Assembly: GCF_001194135.2 (NCBI RefSeq)
Contig: NC_068996.1
Span: 8,871,352-8,934,994 of the forward strand
Length of the DNA: 63,643 nt
Direction of reading: 5' to 3'
Source of the DNA: Octopus bimaculoides
Taxonomy: Eukaryota
The position numbers were made by a program, and so were the translations under genes. Below the pieces are notes generated by a model. It was given only the letters and a program-made list of their open reading frames with translations. It searched no databases and had not been told where the DNA came from. Shown here one piece after another: positions 38,798 to 52,039 of the stretch. Position 1 is the stretch's first letter. Every line of letters begins with the position of its first letter.

Positions 38798-39345
38798 TTA
38801 TTTTGGTATTGTTCCTGATTTGTGAACTTTTAACACCACCGCCTGGTCCTTGAGTGCTTTTAGCAGAGTCTGTTATGAGAAGTCAAAGCCAGGTTTCCAA
38901 GTTGAGAATACCTTTCTCTTACCTTTTGAAAGGTTCTGAAAAGAAGAATCACAAGGGAGAACACTTCTTTCTTTGACTAACCCTAACCCCCCACCAAAGA
39001 AAAACAAAAAAAACCTCACCTAACTAGGTTTGCTTGAAAAATGATTAATTTCTTTTGTAATGATAATCTTTTTCATTGTTCACCTTTGTCTATATCATTC
39101 ATGCGTAACCTATGGCCTACATGTCTTTCTAAATGGCATGCCTTAATGGCACCTTCAATTTTGTTTAGTAGTGCGGTTTGCTCCAAAAAGGCTACTCATG
39201 CCTGCTCTATATCAATCTCCACTCTCATTTCATGTGCCAGGCCTCTTTTACAGGCTCAGTGATCATGGGCCGCCATGTTGGTGCTTGAAGATTTATAATT
39301 TTTTTCTTTTCTTAAGAAAGATACAGCATTGACTTTCTGTGTCAT
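38798..39345 (-). pseudogene. Candidate 3-exon reading frame of unknown family with three in-frame TGA codons (exons 39276/39345-39020, 38935-38923, 38869-38798)
   Basis: Kozak-like CAACATGGCG; donor TAG|GTGAGG; 13-nt microexon TTCTTCTTTTCAG|AACCTTTCAAAAG|GTAAGA; acceptor CTTCTCATAACAG; splicing keeps the frame to TAA at 38800-38798. No homologue recognised. Confidence 0.3.
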
Positions 39346-39525
39346 TTATCTTTTACTTGTTTCTGCCTTGAAGGATTTTTATAGAACAAATTGACCTTTG
39401 AACTTAAAAGCTTAGTACTTATTCTATCAGTTTCTTTTTGCCAAAAAGCCAAGTTACAGGGATGTAAACACACTAGCACTGGTTGTCAAGCAGCGAAAGT
39501 GGGACAAACACAATGACACACACGC

Positions 39526-39559
<34 letters not shown>

Positions 39560-39593
39560 NNNNNNNNNNNNNNNNNNNNNNNNNNNNNNNNNN

Positions 39594-39768
39594 AAGCACC
39601 CACTACACTCTCTGAGTGGTTGGCGTTAGGAAGGGCATCCAGCTGTAGAAACTCTGCCAAATCAGACTGGAGCCTGGTGTTGCCATCCGGTTTCACCAGT
39701 CCTCAGTCAAATCGTCCAACCCATGCTAGCATGGAAAGCGGACGTTAAACGATGATGATGATGATGAT
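39594..39768 (+). mobile_element. RTE 3'-UTR / RTE-partner tail
   Basis: Ends CCATGCTAGCATGGAAAGCGGACGTTAAAC(GAT)n. Confidence 0.9.
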
Positions 39769-40214
39769 GGGTTTCTTCTAGTTTTCCTCTACGAAATACA
39801 CTTACAAGGCTTTGATTTATCTGAGGCTATAATAGAAGACACTTGCCCAAGGTGCCACATAGTGGGACTGAACCGGAAACCATGTGGTTGGGAAGTAAGC
39901 TTTTTCCCATACAGCCATGCCATCGACCAATTTTGTTAACTCTGCTAAGTCTCCTACTTGCTCAAGCTTACCCTGAAAGGACCCAGTATTTGATAGCTTA
40001 TATGGTTCGCTATATATATCATTTACTTGTTTTAGTCATTAGGCTGTAGCAATGCTGGGGCATCACCTTGAATGAATTGACCCTAGTTCTTATTTCTTTT
40101 AAGCCTGGTTACTCAATTTATCAGTCTCTTGTGTCGAACAGCTAAGTTATGGGGGTATAAACACACCAAAACCATTGACAAACAGTGATAGGGGACAAAC
40201 ATACACATTCACAC

Positions 40215-40345
40215 ATGCATATATATATATATCTTCTTCTTAATCCTTTTTGTCCCTTGTGGAGAATAGGGCCTCAACAGTTATTTTCCACTTTTTGTGG
40301 CCATTGGTGTGTTTCTTGACTGCTTCTCATGTCTTGGCTGTCTTA
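40215..40345 (-). mobile_element. 3' end of a second RTE-type LINE with (GAA)n tail
   Basis: Minus strand ...TGGAAAATAACTGTTGAGGCCCTATTCTCCACAAGGGACAAAAAGGATTAAGAAGAAG resembles an RTE terminus (W...VEAL.ST). Confidence 0.55.
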
Positions 40346-40440
40346 CCACACAGCCATGCCTGTGCCTAAAAAAAAACAAAATATGCTAGGAACTCATTCT
40401 GCATCTTAAAACATGCAGATAGAGGGGTTTTAAAAAAAAA

Positions 40441-40472
<32 letters not shown>

Positions 40473-41589
40473 GTTACTGGCAAGTGTTGGTTCATAAAAT
40501 GGCCTGATAAAACTGATGCACGTTTTATAAGCTCATGTGGTTTACAAGTCGTCAAATACAATATCTTTGAAGTGGAAGCAAAGAAAACAACTATTGTCAT
40601 CGGTAAATGTACGAAGGATTTTTACCAACGCCATCAGGGCTAAGTTAGTTGAAGTGACAGGTGAATTGACCTCTGCTTCATGGCTGGCCAGTGAATTTGT
40701 TTAGTAGTTTTTGTAAATCGTTCGTTGCAATGCTTTGTGTGTCTGAGTGCTGCTGGAAAGAGGAAGAATAAAGACAAAAATTATTAAAGATCTGATAGGA
40801 ACCAATTCTTTACTGACGTTAAAATATTCTGACAATAAAAGAAAGAAAAAATCTATATACAGTCTGATACTAAAACTCGATAAAGCTTCCCCTAAGCCAA
40901 AACACGTTATAATTCTCCCATTTGCATGTACCATCACCAGAATTCTTTTTCTTCTGATGAAAACGTTAAGTCAAAGCTGAAGGGGTTGCTAAATTTTTCA
41001 ATAAAATAAAAATATAAAATAAATCAAAGAAGCTGCTCTGTCAGTTACTTGATCAGCTAGAAAAAGTGACCAAATCTTCAAACTTTTTATCATTTATTTT
41101 TTTACTTATTTTAGTCATTTGGACTGTGACAATGCTGGAAGGGTTTTAGTTGAACTAATTGATTCCACTACACTTTAATTTTTTTTTTAAAGCCTGGTGA
41201 TGCCACATAAAGAACATCCAGTCCACACCGTAAAGTGGTTGGTGTGCCATGCTTGTGCCATGTAAAGATCATTAAGTCCACTCTGCTGGGTGGTTGGCAT
41301 TAGGAAGGGCATCCAGCTGTAAAAGCCCTGCCAAAACACACAGAATCAAGGTGCAGGCTCCTGACAAACCGTCTAACCCATGCCAGCATGGAAAGCGGAC
41401 GTTAACAATGATGATGATGGTGCTTATTCTATCAGCCTCTTTCACCAAACTGCAAGTTACGGGGATGTAAACAACCTAACACCAGATGCCAGGCAAGGTG
41501 GGAGGCAAACACAAAGTCATATGATCAATGTTTTACACCTGTTTGATACCTGTTTAAAATTTTACCTGAACATGGTGGATTATATACAC

Positions 41590-41832
41590 CATTTTGAGCG
41601 TGGCCGTTGCCAGTACCACCTGACTGGCCTTCGTGCCGGTGGCACGTAAAAGCACCCACTACACTCTCTGAGTGGTTGGTGTTAGGAAGGGCATCCAGCT
41701 GTAGAAACTCTGCCAGATCAGATTGGAGCCTGGTGTAGCCTTCTGGCTTGTCAGTCCTCAGTCAAATCGTCCAACCCATGCTAGCATGGAAAGCGGATGT
41801 TAAACGATGATGATGATGATGATGATGATGAT
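41590..41832 (+). mobile_element. RTE 3'-UTR / RTE-partner tail
   Basis: Longest clean copy; ends GGAAAGCGGATGTTAAAC(GAT)n. Confidence 0.9.
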
Positions 41833-42221
41833 GTACACATCAGTAAAATTCTACAAAAACAGTTGTAAATTTTAAACCCCATTCATCTCCCTTTTTTTAT
41901 ATCTACATTGAATGATGATGATATAGAAACACATAAAAGCAACCTTGAATCAGATTCCAAAAAGAAAAATCAAAGAAGCCTGCCTGTCAGTTACTTGATC
42001 AGCTAGAAAAAGTGACCAAATCGTCAAACCTTTTATAATTTATTTTTCACTTATTTTAGTCATTGGATTTGGTACTTATCCACCAACACTTACAATAACC
42101 CACCAACACTTGATATTTTCATTGTTGTTTGACCTCACTGTCAACCCTATGTTGTTATACCTATTGATGTGCCAAGATTATATTGAATCCTATAACTAAT
42201 TTATGCGTGTGTGTGTGTATA

Positions 42222-42625
42222 TAGGTGGAGGAGTAGCTGTGTGGTAAGTAGCTTGCTTATGAACCACATGATTCCGGGTTCAGTCCCACTGCATTGCACC
42301 TTGCGCAAGTGTCTTCTACTATAGCCTCGGGCCGACCAAAGCCTTGTGAGTGGATTTGGTAGATGGAAACTGAAAGAAGCTTGTCATATATATACATGTA
42401 TATGCATCTGTGTGTACATGTTTGTGTGTCTGTGTTTGTCCTCCTAACATCGCTTGACAACCAATGCTGGTGTGTTTACGTCCTCGTAACTTAGTGGTTC
42501 AGCAAAAGAGACCGGTAGAATAAGTACTAGGCTTACAAAGAATAAGTCCTGGAGTCGATTTGCTCGACTAAAGGCGGTGCTCCAGCATGGCCATAGTCAA
42601 ATGACTGAAACAAGTAAAAGAGAGA
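42222..42625 (+). mobile_element. SINE-B, full length (tRNA-like head, central (TA/TG)n microsatellite)
   Basis: GGAGTAGCTGTGTGGTAAG...GGTTCAGTCCCAC head, central microsatellite, tail GACTGAAACAAGTAAAAGAG; more than 10 partial copies in the window. Confidence 0.92.
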
Positions 42626-43099
42626 GAGAGTATATGTGTGTGTATACACCTGTGCCAGTGACATGTGAAAAAGCACTTTTGAGCGTTGGGCCTCACAGAG
42701 GCAATGACAAAAGACCGAAACCTTTGGCAACATGCCAAGCTTGCGTAGAAGACCCATCAAGCCAAGTAAAATTGTAGTCATGGCAGATACTGGTGGCACG
42801 TAAAAGCACCCATTACATTTTCGGAATGGCCGGTGTTAGGAAGAGCATCAAGCTGTAGAGACCATGCCAAATCAAAGTGGAGTCTGATGCTGCCTCTCAG
42901 CTTACCAGCCCTGGTCAAACCGTCCAACCCATGCCTGCATGGACAACGGACCTTAAATGTTGATGATAATATATATATAACCATCATCATCATATATATA
43001 TCCAATATATATCTAAAAAGGAAGCATATTCCAAAGGATAGAGCAGTAATGTATTTATATGCAGTTAGATATATGTCTGGTCATGTATATGTGTATATG

Positions 43100-43144
<45 letters not shown>

Positions 43145-43940
43145 GAGAATTTACAAAAAAACAACAGACGAAGACAGGTGGTGTAAATAACAAATGGATA
43201 TTCACACACACACAACAGACTTCCTTCAGTTTCTGGCAACCAGATTCACTCACAAGGCTTTGCTTGGTTCAGGGCTATAGTAGAAAACACTTGCTCAAGA
43301 TGTCACGCAGTGGGACTGAACCTAGAACCATGTGTTTGGGAAGCAAACGTCTTACCGCACATATTTTATCTCTTTTATAGGGAGATATGGCGGTTTCACT
43401 CTTCCTTCAATTCTAATTGACAAGAAAGAAATGTTAAATTCAATAATCACACTGGATAATATACTTCGAGGTTAGACTTTCTAATGAAAATGACGCCTTT
43501 GATTATAGTTCCGCTCCCTGGCTGAGCTGCCCTAGGGCTAAACACCAACATATTTACAAGCCAATGAGGAAGCTTCCGTAGTCTTTTCGATTAGCTAAAA
43601 CCAGCAGTCAGTTCTTCCTCAATTCATGTTATTGTGATTAAAAAAGGAAATTACATTAGATAATGTAGTCCAAGATACAATTTGTCTGAAAGATGACTTG
43701 GTCATGACTGGAACGTCTTTAAAACTAAAACGTTTTCATTCACAACAAATACAGTTTCCTTCGGAAGATATCTTATCTTTTACTTGTTTCAATCATTTAA
43801 CTGCGGCCATGCCGAGGTTACCACTTTGAAGGGTTTTAGTCGAATGAACTGACCCCAAAACTTATTTATTATTTTATTTATTTATTCACTTTTTGTAAGC
43901 CCAGTACTTTTTCTATCAAACTCCTTTGCCAATCCGCTAA

Positions 43941-44663
43941 TATCTGTTCTATACCACAAAATATGCAAGTATTCGAAGTTTGAAAGTGTTTCGGTACCAA
44001 AAACACTACATAAAAAAATGTTGCCCGTCAAATCACAAAGATCCTTAGTTTTAGGATTACGGTTAGGGTTATGATTATTTTTGCCATAACCTTAACTCTA
44101 ACCCTATAACTCATAACCATAACCCTAACCCTAACCCTAAAACCCTAACCCTAAACCCTTACTAGGGAATAATGATATAATTAAACAGGGAATAACACAC
44201 TTGACACCGAACAGCACTAACTGTATTCAGCTGAATAGACGTCAGTGATTGGTTGAAATTACAGAAATACGACANNNNNNNNNNNNNNNNNNNNNNNNNN
44301 NNNNNNNNNNNNNNNNNNNNNNNNNNNNNNNNNNNNNNNNNNNNNNNNNNNNNNNNNNNNNNNNNNNNNNNNNNNNNNNNNNNNNNNNNNNNNNNNNNNN
44401 NNNNNNNNNNNTAATTTTATTCAAGGGAAAAAATCCCGTAACACCGTTGTTTACATTCCACGGCATAATTGTTTTCACATCAATAGAAGTCAGTGATTGG
44501 TTGAAATTACCGAAATACGACAATTTTTTACATGAAATAACTTCGAATACAAACTTTTTTATCTGTTCTATACCACAAAATATACAAGTATTCGAAGTTA
44601 GAAAGTGTTTCGGTACCAAAAACACTACATAAAAAAATGTTGCCCGTCAAATCACAAAGGTCC
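43941..44663. mobile_element. GGATCTTT-family MITE, two partial copies around a gap, with (CCCTAA)n-like array
   Basis: TGTTGCCCGTCAAATCACAAAGATCC ends at 44044 and a variant ends at 44663; CCCTAACCCTAACCCTAAAACCCTAA near 44120-44158; CAGCTGAATAGACGTCAGTGATTGGTTGAAATT is shared (reversed) with 2093-2473. Confidence 0.8.
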
Positions 44664-47600
44664 CCATTCGTTTATGCATGGACTTTCAGTTAAAAATTAT
44701 TAGGTTTTTTTTTTTTTTAAATCATGAAACTGACTGTGGTTAGAGGATTTGTAGTACTTTCTTTTTTTTTTGTTCGTAATAAATATATTTTCGTTTGCAC
44801 TTTAAGTGGAAAATATATATATTTATTTTTTTTTTGTAGTCACATTTTGTATCCATAATAAACAGAAATTTAAAACAGCAGCATTTAAAAACAAATTTTT
44901 GGAAAGTTAAACAATTTAATGTTTTTAAATGCAAATAAAATACATTCATACATTACAAATACGAACGAAATATATGAACAACAAAGAAAAAGTCAAACTG
45001 CTATAAACCCCCGAAGCCTAATAAATTCCTGATTTAAAATAATAACACATTTTTTTTAAAGTAAACAAATTTTTAAAATTAAAAAAAACAAAACATATAA
45101 CTTTTTTTTTAAGAAAAACATTCTTTAATATATATACATATATTTTGTCCGAGTCGCTAGTATAAAAATACCAAATACTTGTTCTAAAGGCATAATTTTT
45201 AAAAATCGGGACACCTAAAATATTGAAGAGTGTACCGGTAGCTTTAGTATGTTTCCTTAAGACAGGCATTTCCTGAAAATGGGTTGCACTATTAAGAAAA
45301 AAAATTCAGGGTAATTTTTCGTTAGGCAAGTCCCATGGGCCGCAGTTAGCCATCACAGCTATAAAGTATGCTAGGTATGAATGGAATTATAATCCTTTCT
45401 TATTTTGGTACAACGCCAACAATTTTGAGGGGTGGGGAAGTCGATTCTCCAACCCCTGTGCTCAAATAGAACTTATTTTGTAGATCCTGCAAGGACGAAA
45501 GACAAAGTCGACTCGGCAACAAAAGAAATGCTTAAGGATATTATCCGGTGCAGTAACGATTTTGCCTGCTCGCCGCCTTTTATTATTATTGTTATTATTA
45601 TTATAGTTCCAAAACTGGAATTATAATAAAAGCAGCGGAGCATTAATAGATACTATAACTGACCTAGTGCGCGTTTATTTAACTCTTAACGTCATAAACC
45701 GCTCCAATCCGCCACTCGTCACTAGGTACACAAACGGGTTGCGCAGGATATGACCCGTGACATTTCAAGGTCACTTATGCGCACATTCTAAACATACCTA
45801 TCCCTTTTTAGTCTCTCTAGCCAAATCCTTCTATAAACAAGGAGAAATGTATATAAGTGTAAGAGTTAAATAAGCGTAACAATTGTTAGTCCTTTAAATT
45901 TGAAATAACCGAAACTGTTTTATCAAGTTAGAGAGTTGTCTTAACTCCACTTCCTCCTACTTATACTTCAGCCATCATTTCAGCTCCATGCTTGGGACAG
46001 GGAAAACCCTTGGGCACCCGGGGACAAATTCCAAATGTATAAAAGAATCTGTCCGATTGATAAGATTTAAATTATAACCATACAAAGCCCTTTTATGTAG
46101 CTTATATTAAATTACTGTATTAGCGTTAACGAGCACTTTTAAATTTGAATGCCCACGAATGTAGTGTTCCTTGCCCTCTCTTACATGGTAGAAATGGCAT
46201 TTAAATCTTCATCGTACCACCTTTAAGAAAGGACTCATTGAATATGGTATTGATGTACTAGTCCGTTGGTGAGGTGAGGTTGGATAGTCATGACTGAGAT
46301 GTCTTCGATTCGGAGCGACCTGGAGTCAGCAATGAAAAAAGGAAAATATTATCATGATCGAACGATCGTGGGTTCCATTGTCGGACCGGGCAGCGCCTCG
46401 TGTCTTTTTGAGCAAGTCACGTTATTTGATGTTGTTCTGGTCAATTCAGCTGAAAATGAGTACCAACAGGAGCTGAAGAGAGAAGATAACCTTGCGACGG
46501 ACTGTTATCCTTTTCAGACTCGAGAATCATACTAACAGTTGCTTAAACTTTACAGAAACCAAGATAAACTCCAGCCTCAATGGGCTCCAAACAAACTAAC
46601 CTTCATCAAATCTCGACTTTGTGGCAGTCTGCTACCAATACAGTTTTGTCTTTGTCACAACGTACTTCATCATCTGGGAGCCGGGGTCAGTTATTGCATC
46701 CTAGATTTAACTGAAATTCAATTTTGTTACCAGTTGAAACATACTTAAAGTATATTCGAATCCGTAAGCAAGCCATTCACTCTATTATGTCATGGAGACT
46801 GAGATTATATATCAGTCAACTATTGTTATCACTTTCGCTACCTCCACCTTTGTTACAGCCTCCTACCACCTTTACCACTCCCCGGCGTCGTCACCTCCTA
46901 CCATCTCAACCACCTTCGACGCCGTTTTTACCTTAGCACTGCCTTTGAACCACTCCCGACTTTGTCACAATTCTTAGGATCACCGACGGACGGTCTAACA
47001 ACTTTTCAAACAATTCCATTACTACTACAACATGATGAAAATTTTCCACTTCTTTGAATTATTTCATGATGAATTCTTCAATTCATTATATCATAGTAAA
47101 TTCTTCAGTTTCTTTGAATTATCTCGTCCTTGAACTTATCTCTCCAGTAAAATCTTCACTTCTTTGGATTATCCTCTTCTGCTGTACGTATATTTTGTAT
47201 CCCTTTTGGTAACAAGTTTAATGTTTTATTAAAATTAACGAGTTGTTGTTACAATAAGACCTTTTGACTCACAGATCTAGAACTTTTGAGTTCTGTATTT
47301 TAAATGGACTAATCATGTTCCTTATGAACAGGTAACCCCTCAGAACTTAGCCATTATATTTGTTTATTTTATATCGCAATTGGTGAACAAGTGTGTTGTT
47401 GGTTAAAGCTTGCCAACGGGTCGCTTGTATCAAAATCGTGTCACTGGTTTTTGCGGTGGCTTCTCGATTTTTAAAATCTTCCATCAATATATATATATAT
47501 ATTAGAGAGAAACACTTGTTAAAAATATGCTGTGCAAAAGGATAGAACCCGGAGCCTGGTGTCTGCGAAGCAAACTTCGTAAATAATCATTTCTGCCATC

Positions 47601-48332
47601 CTACAAATACACATATTTACAGATTAAATCCTCGCAGATACATACATACATACAGGTACGCACATCTGCAAAGCATTTTTGTTATCCCTACTCTTACAAA
47701 CTATACACGGGTTCACATAAATGTATAAAGAAATATAATCATTGTTACCTTTTTAAAGTAAGAAAAAAAAAACCTTCTCAGTTCAGTGGTAACACCTGGA
47801 CCGTTGTGTATAAACCAGGAACGGGATAGTCCTGGACCAAGGTAGATTTTGTTTTTCTAGGGTCGATAAAATCTGTATTTCAGCCAAAATATTGGCAGAG
47901 ATTAAATCGACTATTCACCTTCGCTTTTAAATCATGTTTTCTTAGAGAATTAGCGAGGGAACATCTTTTAGTTGCCAGAAATAACAGCTAAATTTTCCTC
48001 GAATCACCCCATTCCGTTTTAAAAAGCATCGTCACGGCGTGAAAGTCCTTGATCACAGGTCTCTATTTAGTCAGGAGCTGACCCTGGAGGCTTGAAGGAT
48101 AGAATATTTATGGCCTTCTGTACTCAAAGTTGAACTTTCTCATCACTCACAAACCGTGAATTTACCTGAATCCGGTGCAGTACAATCAATTCTTTTAAAA
48201 TAGTTTTGCTTCCAAATGGTATAAGTACTGAGTCTATGTGACTCCCTGAATCCTATGTTAAATGACGAGATATGAGCTAAATATGAAATTATCGTTATCA
48301 TATTAAATGCTGGAAGCATTAGTAGAACGCTC

Positions 48333-48367
<35 letters not shown>

Positions 48368-48587
48368 AGAACCTCTACGTAATTGTTTGTCTTGCTAGAA
48401 ATAGCAGCCAAATACGCCTCAAATCATTACTAACTTACGAAATAAAATTTTTAAATCCAGGAAAATGAAAGAATACATGAGACATTACATGTAGTCCTAG
48501 TTATTATAAAAATCGGGATGGTCGCGAGCAGATCACATTCTATGGCAGGCCCATCGCCAAACTTTGGTATCTGGGAGTGCTTCAGAA

Positions 48588-48735
48588 CACAAGCGTAGCT
48601 ATTCTGTGTGGGGAGGGGGGCGGTCCGCGCCCGGGTGGCACTTTTGGGTCTGCTGTAGGCAATATGTGTTTCTTGTGGGGTCCGGGTGCTGCAAACGGAA
48701 GCGTCGCCCCGGGTGGCACACACTGTAGCTACGTT
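48588..48735. mobile_element. Small GC-rich Harbinger-like MITE
   Basis: CGTAGCTA...TAGCTACG inverted ends around a GC-rich core; flanked by 12-bp direct repeats AGTGCTTCAGAA / AGCGCTTCAGAA. Confidence 0.55.
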
Positions 48736-50046
48736 AGCGCTTCAGAATATTCTGGGTGGGCACTAATTTATAATAATGTTTCGAAATAAGTATATCACTG
48801 TAAATCTGAGGTTCCACCGTCGCAGAGGATTCACTGATTATCGGAGCAGATATAGCCTGGGTTCGAAAAGCTAACAAATACCCGACTCCCATTAACCCGA
48901 ATTTTCTGAGGGCCTTTGCTAGTGCTACATCAGATTCATCCATCCTTTTAAGTTACTTTCTAAATTCACAATCTGGTATATATCATCTTTTCGTCCTTCT
49001 AAGGTTGATAAAATGAATAATAGCTAACGACAAAGCCTCTTATTTGTAGCTTGACCTGAAACTTTGCAGAAATAGCAGCTAAATCTTCCTCAAATTACAC
49101 ACACCTTTGTCTTAAACAACGGAGGGAGAAATTATGTAATGATGTTCTGGATGTACAAAGAAATTACGTTATCATGGCTTGGAAGCGTTTGATCATAGAT
49201 CTGCTTGTCCAGGGTCGATTTGGTAGACCAATCAACCATAGTTACAAATATATGCAAGTAAAAAACTGTACACCCGGCCTTTTCCTATCACTATTAGAAA
49301 AGTTATATTATTTTCTTAATTTGCATAATGTTTATATTGTATTCGTTATTATATTTACGAGATTTGTAAGGAAAATGCTGCGAAGTTCAGATAAATGGTT
49401 TGAAAATGATTTAAAAGCAGATATTTGAAACATTTACATACTATAGAACTTTATAATTTTAGGACATTATTATTATTATTATTATTATTTTTGCTGTTAT
49501 TGTTGCTGCTGTTGTTCTTTAGCCGCAGGTCAGCCACGATCGATCTCATTTATGATCAAAGGGATTCCAACGGTGACTTCCTTTGTCAACTTGTAACTGT
49601 CAGAAAATTAACAGGTGAAACCATAGATTAAATACGTGAGAAGAGTGTAACCAACCAACGGCAACTATTATTCTCGTATTAACTATAAAACCTCGCCATC
49701 CCCTTCCCCCCAACACAAGCGCGCGTGCATATTACTTCAGCNNNNNNNNNNCATTTTATTTTTGTTTTATTGACTGTCGCAATCTACAGGGTGTTTTTTT
49801 TTTCTTCTTTCTTCATTGCATATGTGTTATATATGTAGCAGTTACATTACATATTATGCACTCTGTGTTTTATGTGCTGTATCCCTCCGGTCCGTGGGAA
49901 AATTGCTTAGCATGAAACGGAGTCGCAGTGCAAAAAAGCGGTTGGAGACCGTTGTATTATTACATGACCGATACTTTATTTTATCGATCCCGAAAAGTCG
50001 TGATACCAGCGGGATTTGAACCTAGAAAATAAAGGAAGCGTATCAT

Positions 50047-50047
50047 T

Positions 50048-50127
<80 letters not shown>

Positions 50128-50146
50128 TCTCTCCCTCCCTCTCTCT
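50047..50146. repeat. (CT)n microsatellite
   Basis: Seen directly. Confidence 0.97.
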
Positions 50147-51214
50147 GAAAAAAGAAAAGTTTTGCGTGAAGACTTCGTCTGATTAAAAATATATATATAT
50201 TTATTGTTTTACGAATTCAGTGTGCACAATCGCATTGCGTGTTCATACTTCGTTTTCCGGCTCCTACTCAAAACTGTTTACAGATCACAACCATCTCACG
50301 AACTTGCGTTCGTGATGAGCGCTTCGCGCTCCGATAGTGGCGAAAATGTAGAAAGATAACAGGGAAAGTTTGTGAAACCACACCGTTCGTTAGGTATAAC
50401 GGCAATTTCACCACCACCATTATTAGTGATCACAGTCTTCAAACCTTAAATCTTATTACGATTAAAATGCATAAATAAAAGTACACATTGCTTAATGTAA
50501 TCCTAGAGAAATTGTTAGAAAATATGATTGAGATGGTCATTATTGGAACCCTTTTATTATAGTTCTTTCTAAACCAATACCAAAAGGAGCAGCTGTTTTG
50601 AACAAACAATTTTAAAAATTGACTATATTTTACACATATATACGTATATTTTTTTAAATATAAATATGTATACATACTGAAGGCAATTAAAACAAATAGA
50701 TATGCAACATGTATGCTACCAGCCTGTCATTAGCCAGCTGATGCCATTTATGAGAGAAAGGAGCCACTATGGAGCTCTCGGAAGACGTGTTAAAAATAGC
50801 AGACAAATCTCTCTCAAATTGCAAAAGCTCTGCCATTTTAGATATTTTTGCCCATCCAAGGCATTTTAGACTTTTTAGTCAGCCCTTGTTTCATGCGTTC
50901 TGAGTAACATAAAACTTTCCTTTACAGAAATCCTAAATTACTCTGGTGGTGAGTAAACAAATGGAAACATGTATCGTATATGATGCATGGATGCTAGGGA
51001 AATATGTCCTGTGTATTACATGTATTATGTAGGACAGCGAAGGGTTAAAAATAAACAAACATACGTACACTAGGTTTTCTTCCGAGCATGTTACATTTGC
51101 CACCTGATGCCTTTTACGAGAAAGAGAGAGCCTCTAGCACTCTTTTTATAAATTGCACATGAGATCTGTTAGGAATAAACAAATCTCACTCAAATCAACT
51201 TGTTTACTATCAGT

Positions 51215-51247
<33 letters not shown>

Positions 51248-52039
51248 NNNNNNNNNNNNNNNNNNNNNNNNNNNNNNNNNNNNNNNNNNNNNNNNNNNNN
51301 NNNNNNNNNNNNNNNNNNNNNNNNNNNNNNNNNNNNNNNNNNNNNNNNNNNNNNNNNNNNNNNNNNNNNNNNNNNNNNNNNNNNNNNNNNNNNNNNNNNN
51401 NNNNNNNNNNNNNNNNNNNNNNNNNNNNNNNNNNNNNNNNNNNNNNNNNNNNNNNNNNNNNNNNNNNNNNNNNNNNNNNNNNNNNNNNNNNNNNNNNNNN
51501 NNNNNNNNNNNNNNNNNNNNNNNNNNNNNNNNNNNNNNNNNNNNNNNNNNNNNNNNNNNNNNNNNNNNNNNNNNNNNNNNNNNNNNNNNNNNNNNNNNNN
51601 NNNNNNNNNNNNNNNNNNNNNNNNNNNNNNNNNNNNNNNNNNNNNNNNNNNNNNNNNNNNNNNNNNNNNNNNNNNNNNNNNNNNNNNNNNNNNNGATGGT
51701 TAACGTTGCTCTACCTATGGTTATAGATTCATTCAATAAGGGTTGATTTGGATCTAAACACAAACATCAGTTTAAATCTTTGGGACAATAAACTAACTAT
51801 ATCACAGTTTATGGGAGCCTCAGATTCTTGTGGTCTGAGACAAATCTTAAAAAAAGAAAAAAAAAATTGACGAGCTGATTGATTTTGGTTTTTCATATCC
51901 AATTTACGATGCAAATTGGTTTGGGACTGGAATTAGATTAGTGTTACGACTTATGTAACGAGATGATCACAGCTAGAAAGTTCTAGCTTAGTTGAAGCTT
52001 GTGTTATATTATTGACTCATATACGCCAAACAAAAATGA

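Noticed and set aside
44045-44160. Telomere or chromosome-fusion site
   Set aside because: The TTAGGG/CCCTAA runs are short, degenerate and embedded in a MITE family also seen at 2093-2473.
46290-46535. 81-aa ORF MTEMSSIRSDLES...
   Set aside because: It overlaps a degenerate SINE-D copy.
47035-47175. Three-copy degenerate repeat AAA.TCTTCA.TTCTTTG.ATTAT as a coding repeat
   Set aside because: The frames I translated contain stops and no recognisable domain.
48734-48943. 69-aa ORF MDESDVALAKALRKFG...
   Set aside because: It starts beside SINE-like remnants and runs into a MITE; no splice support or recognised homology.
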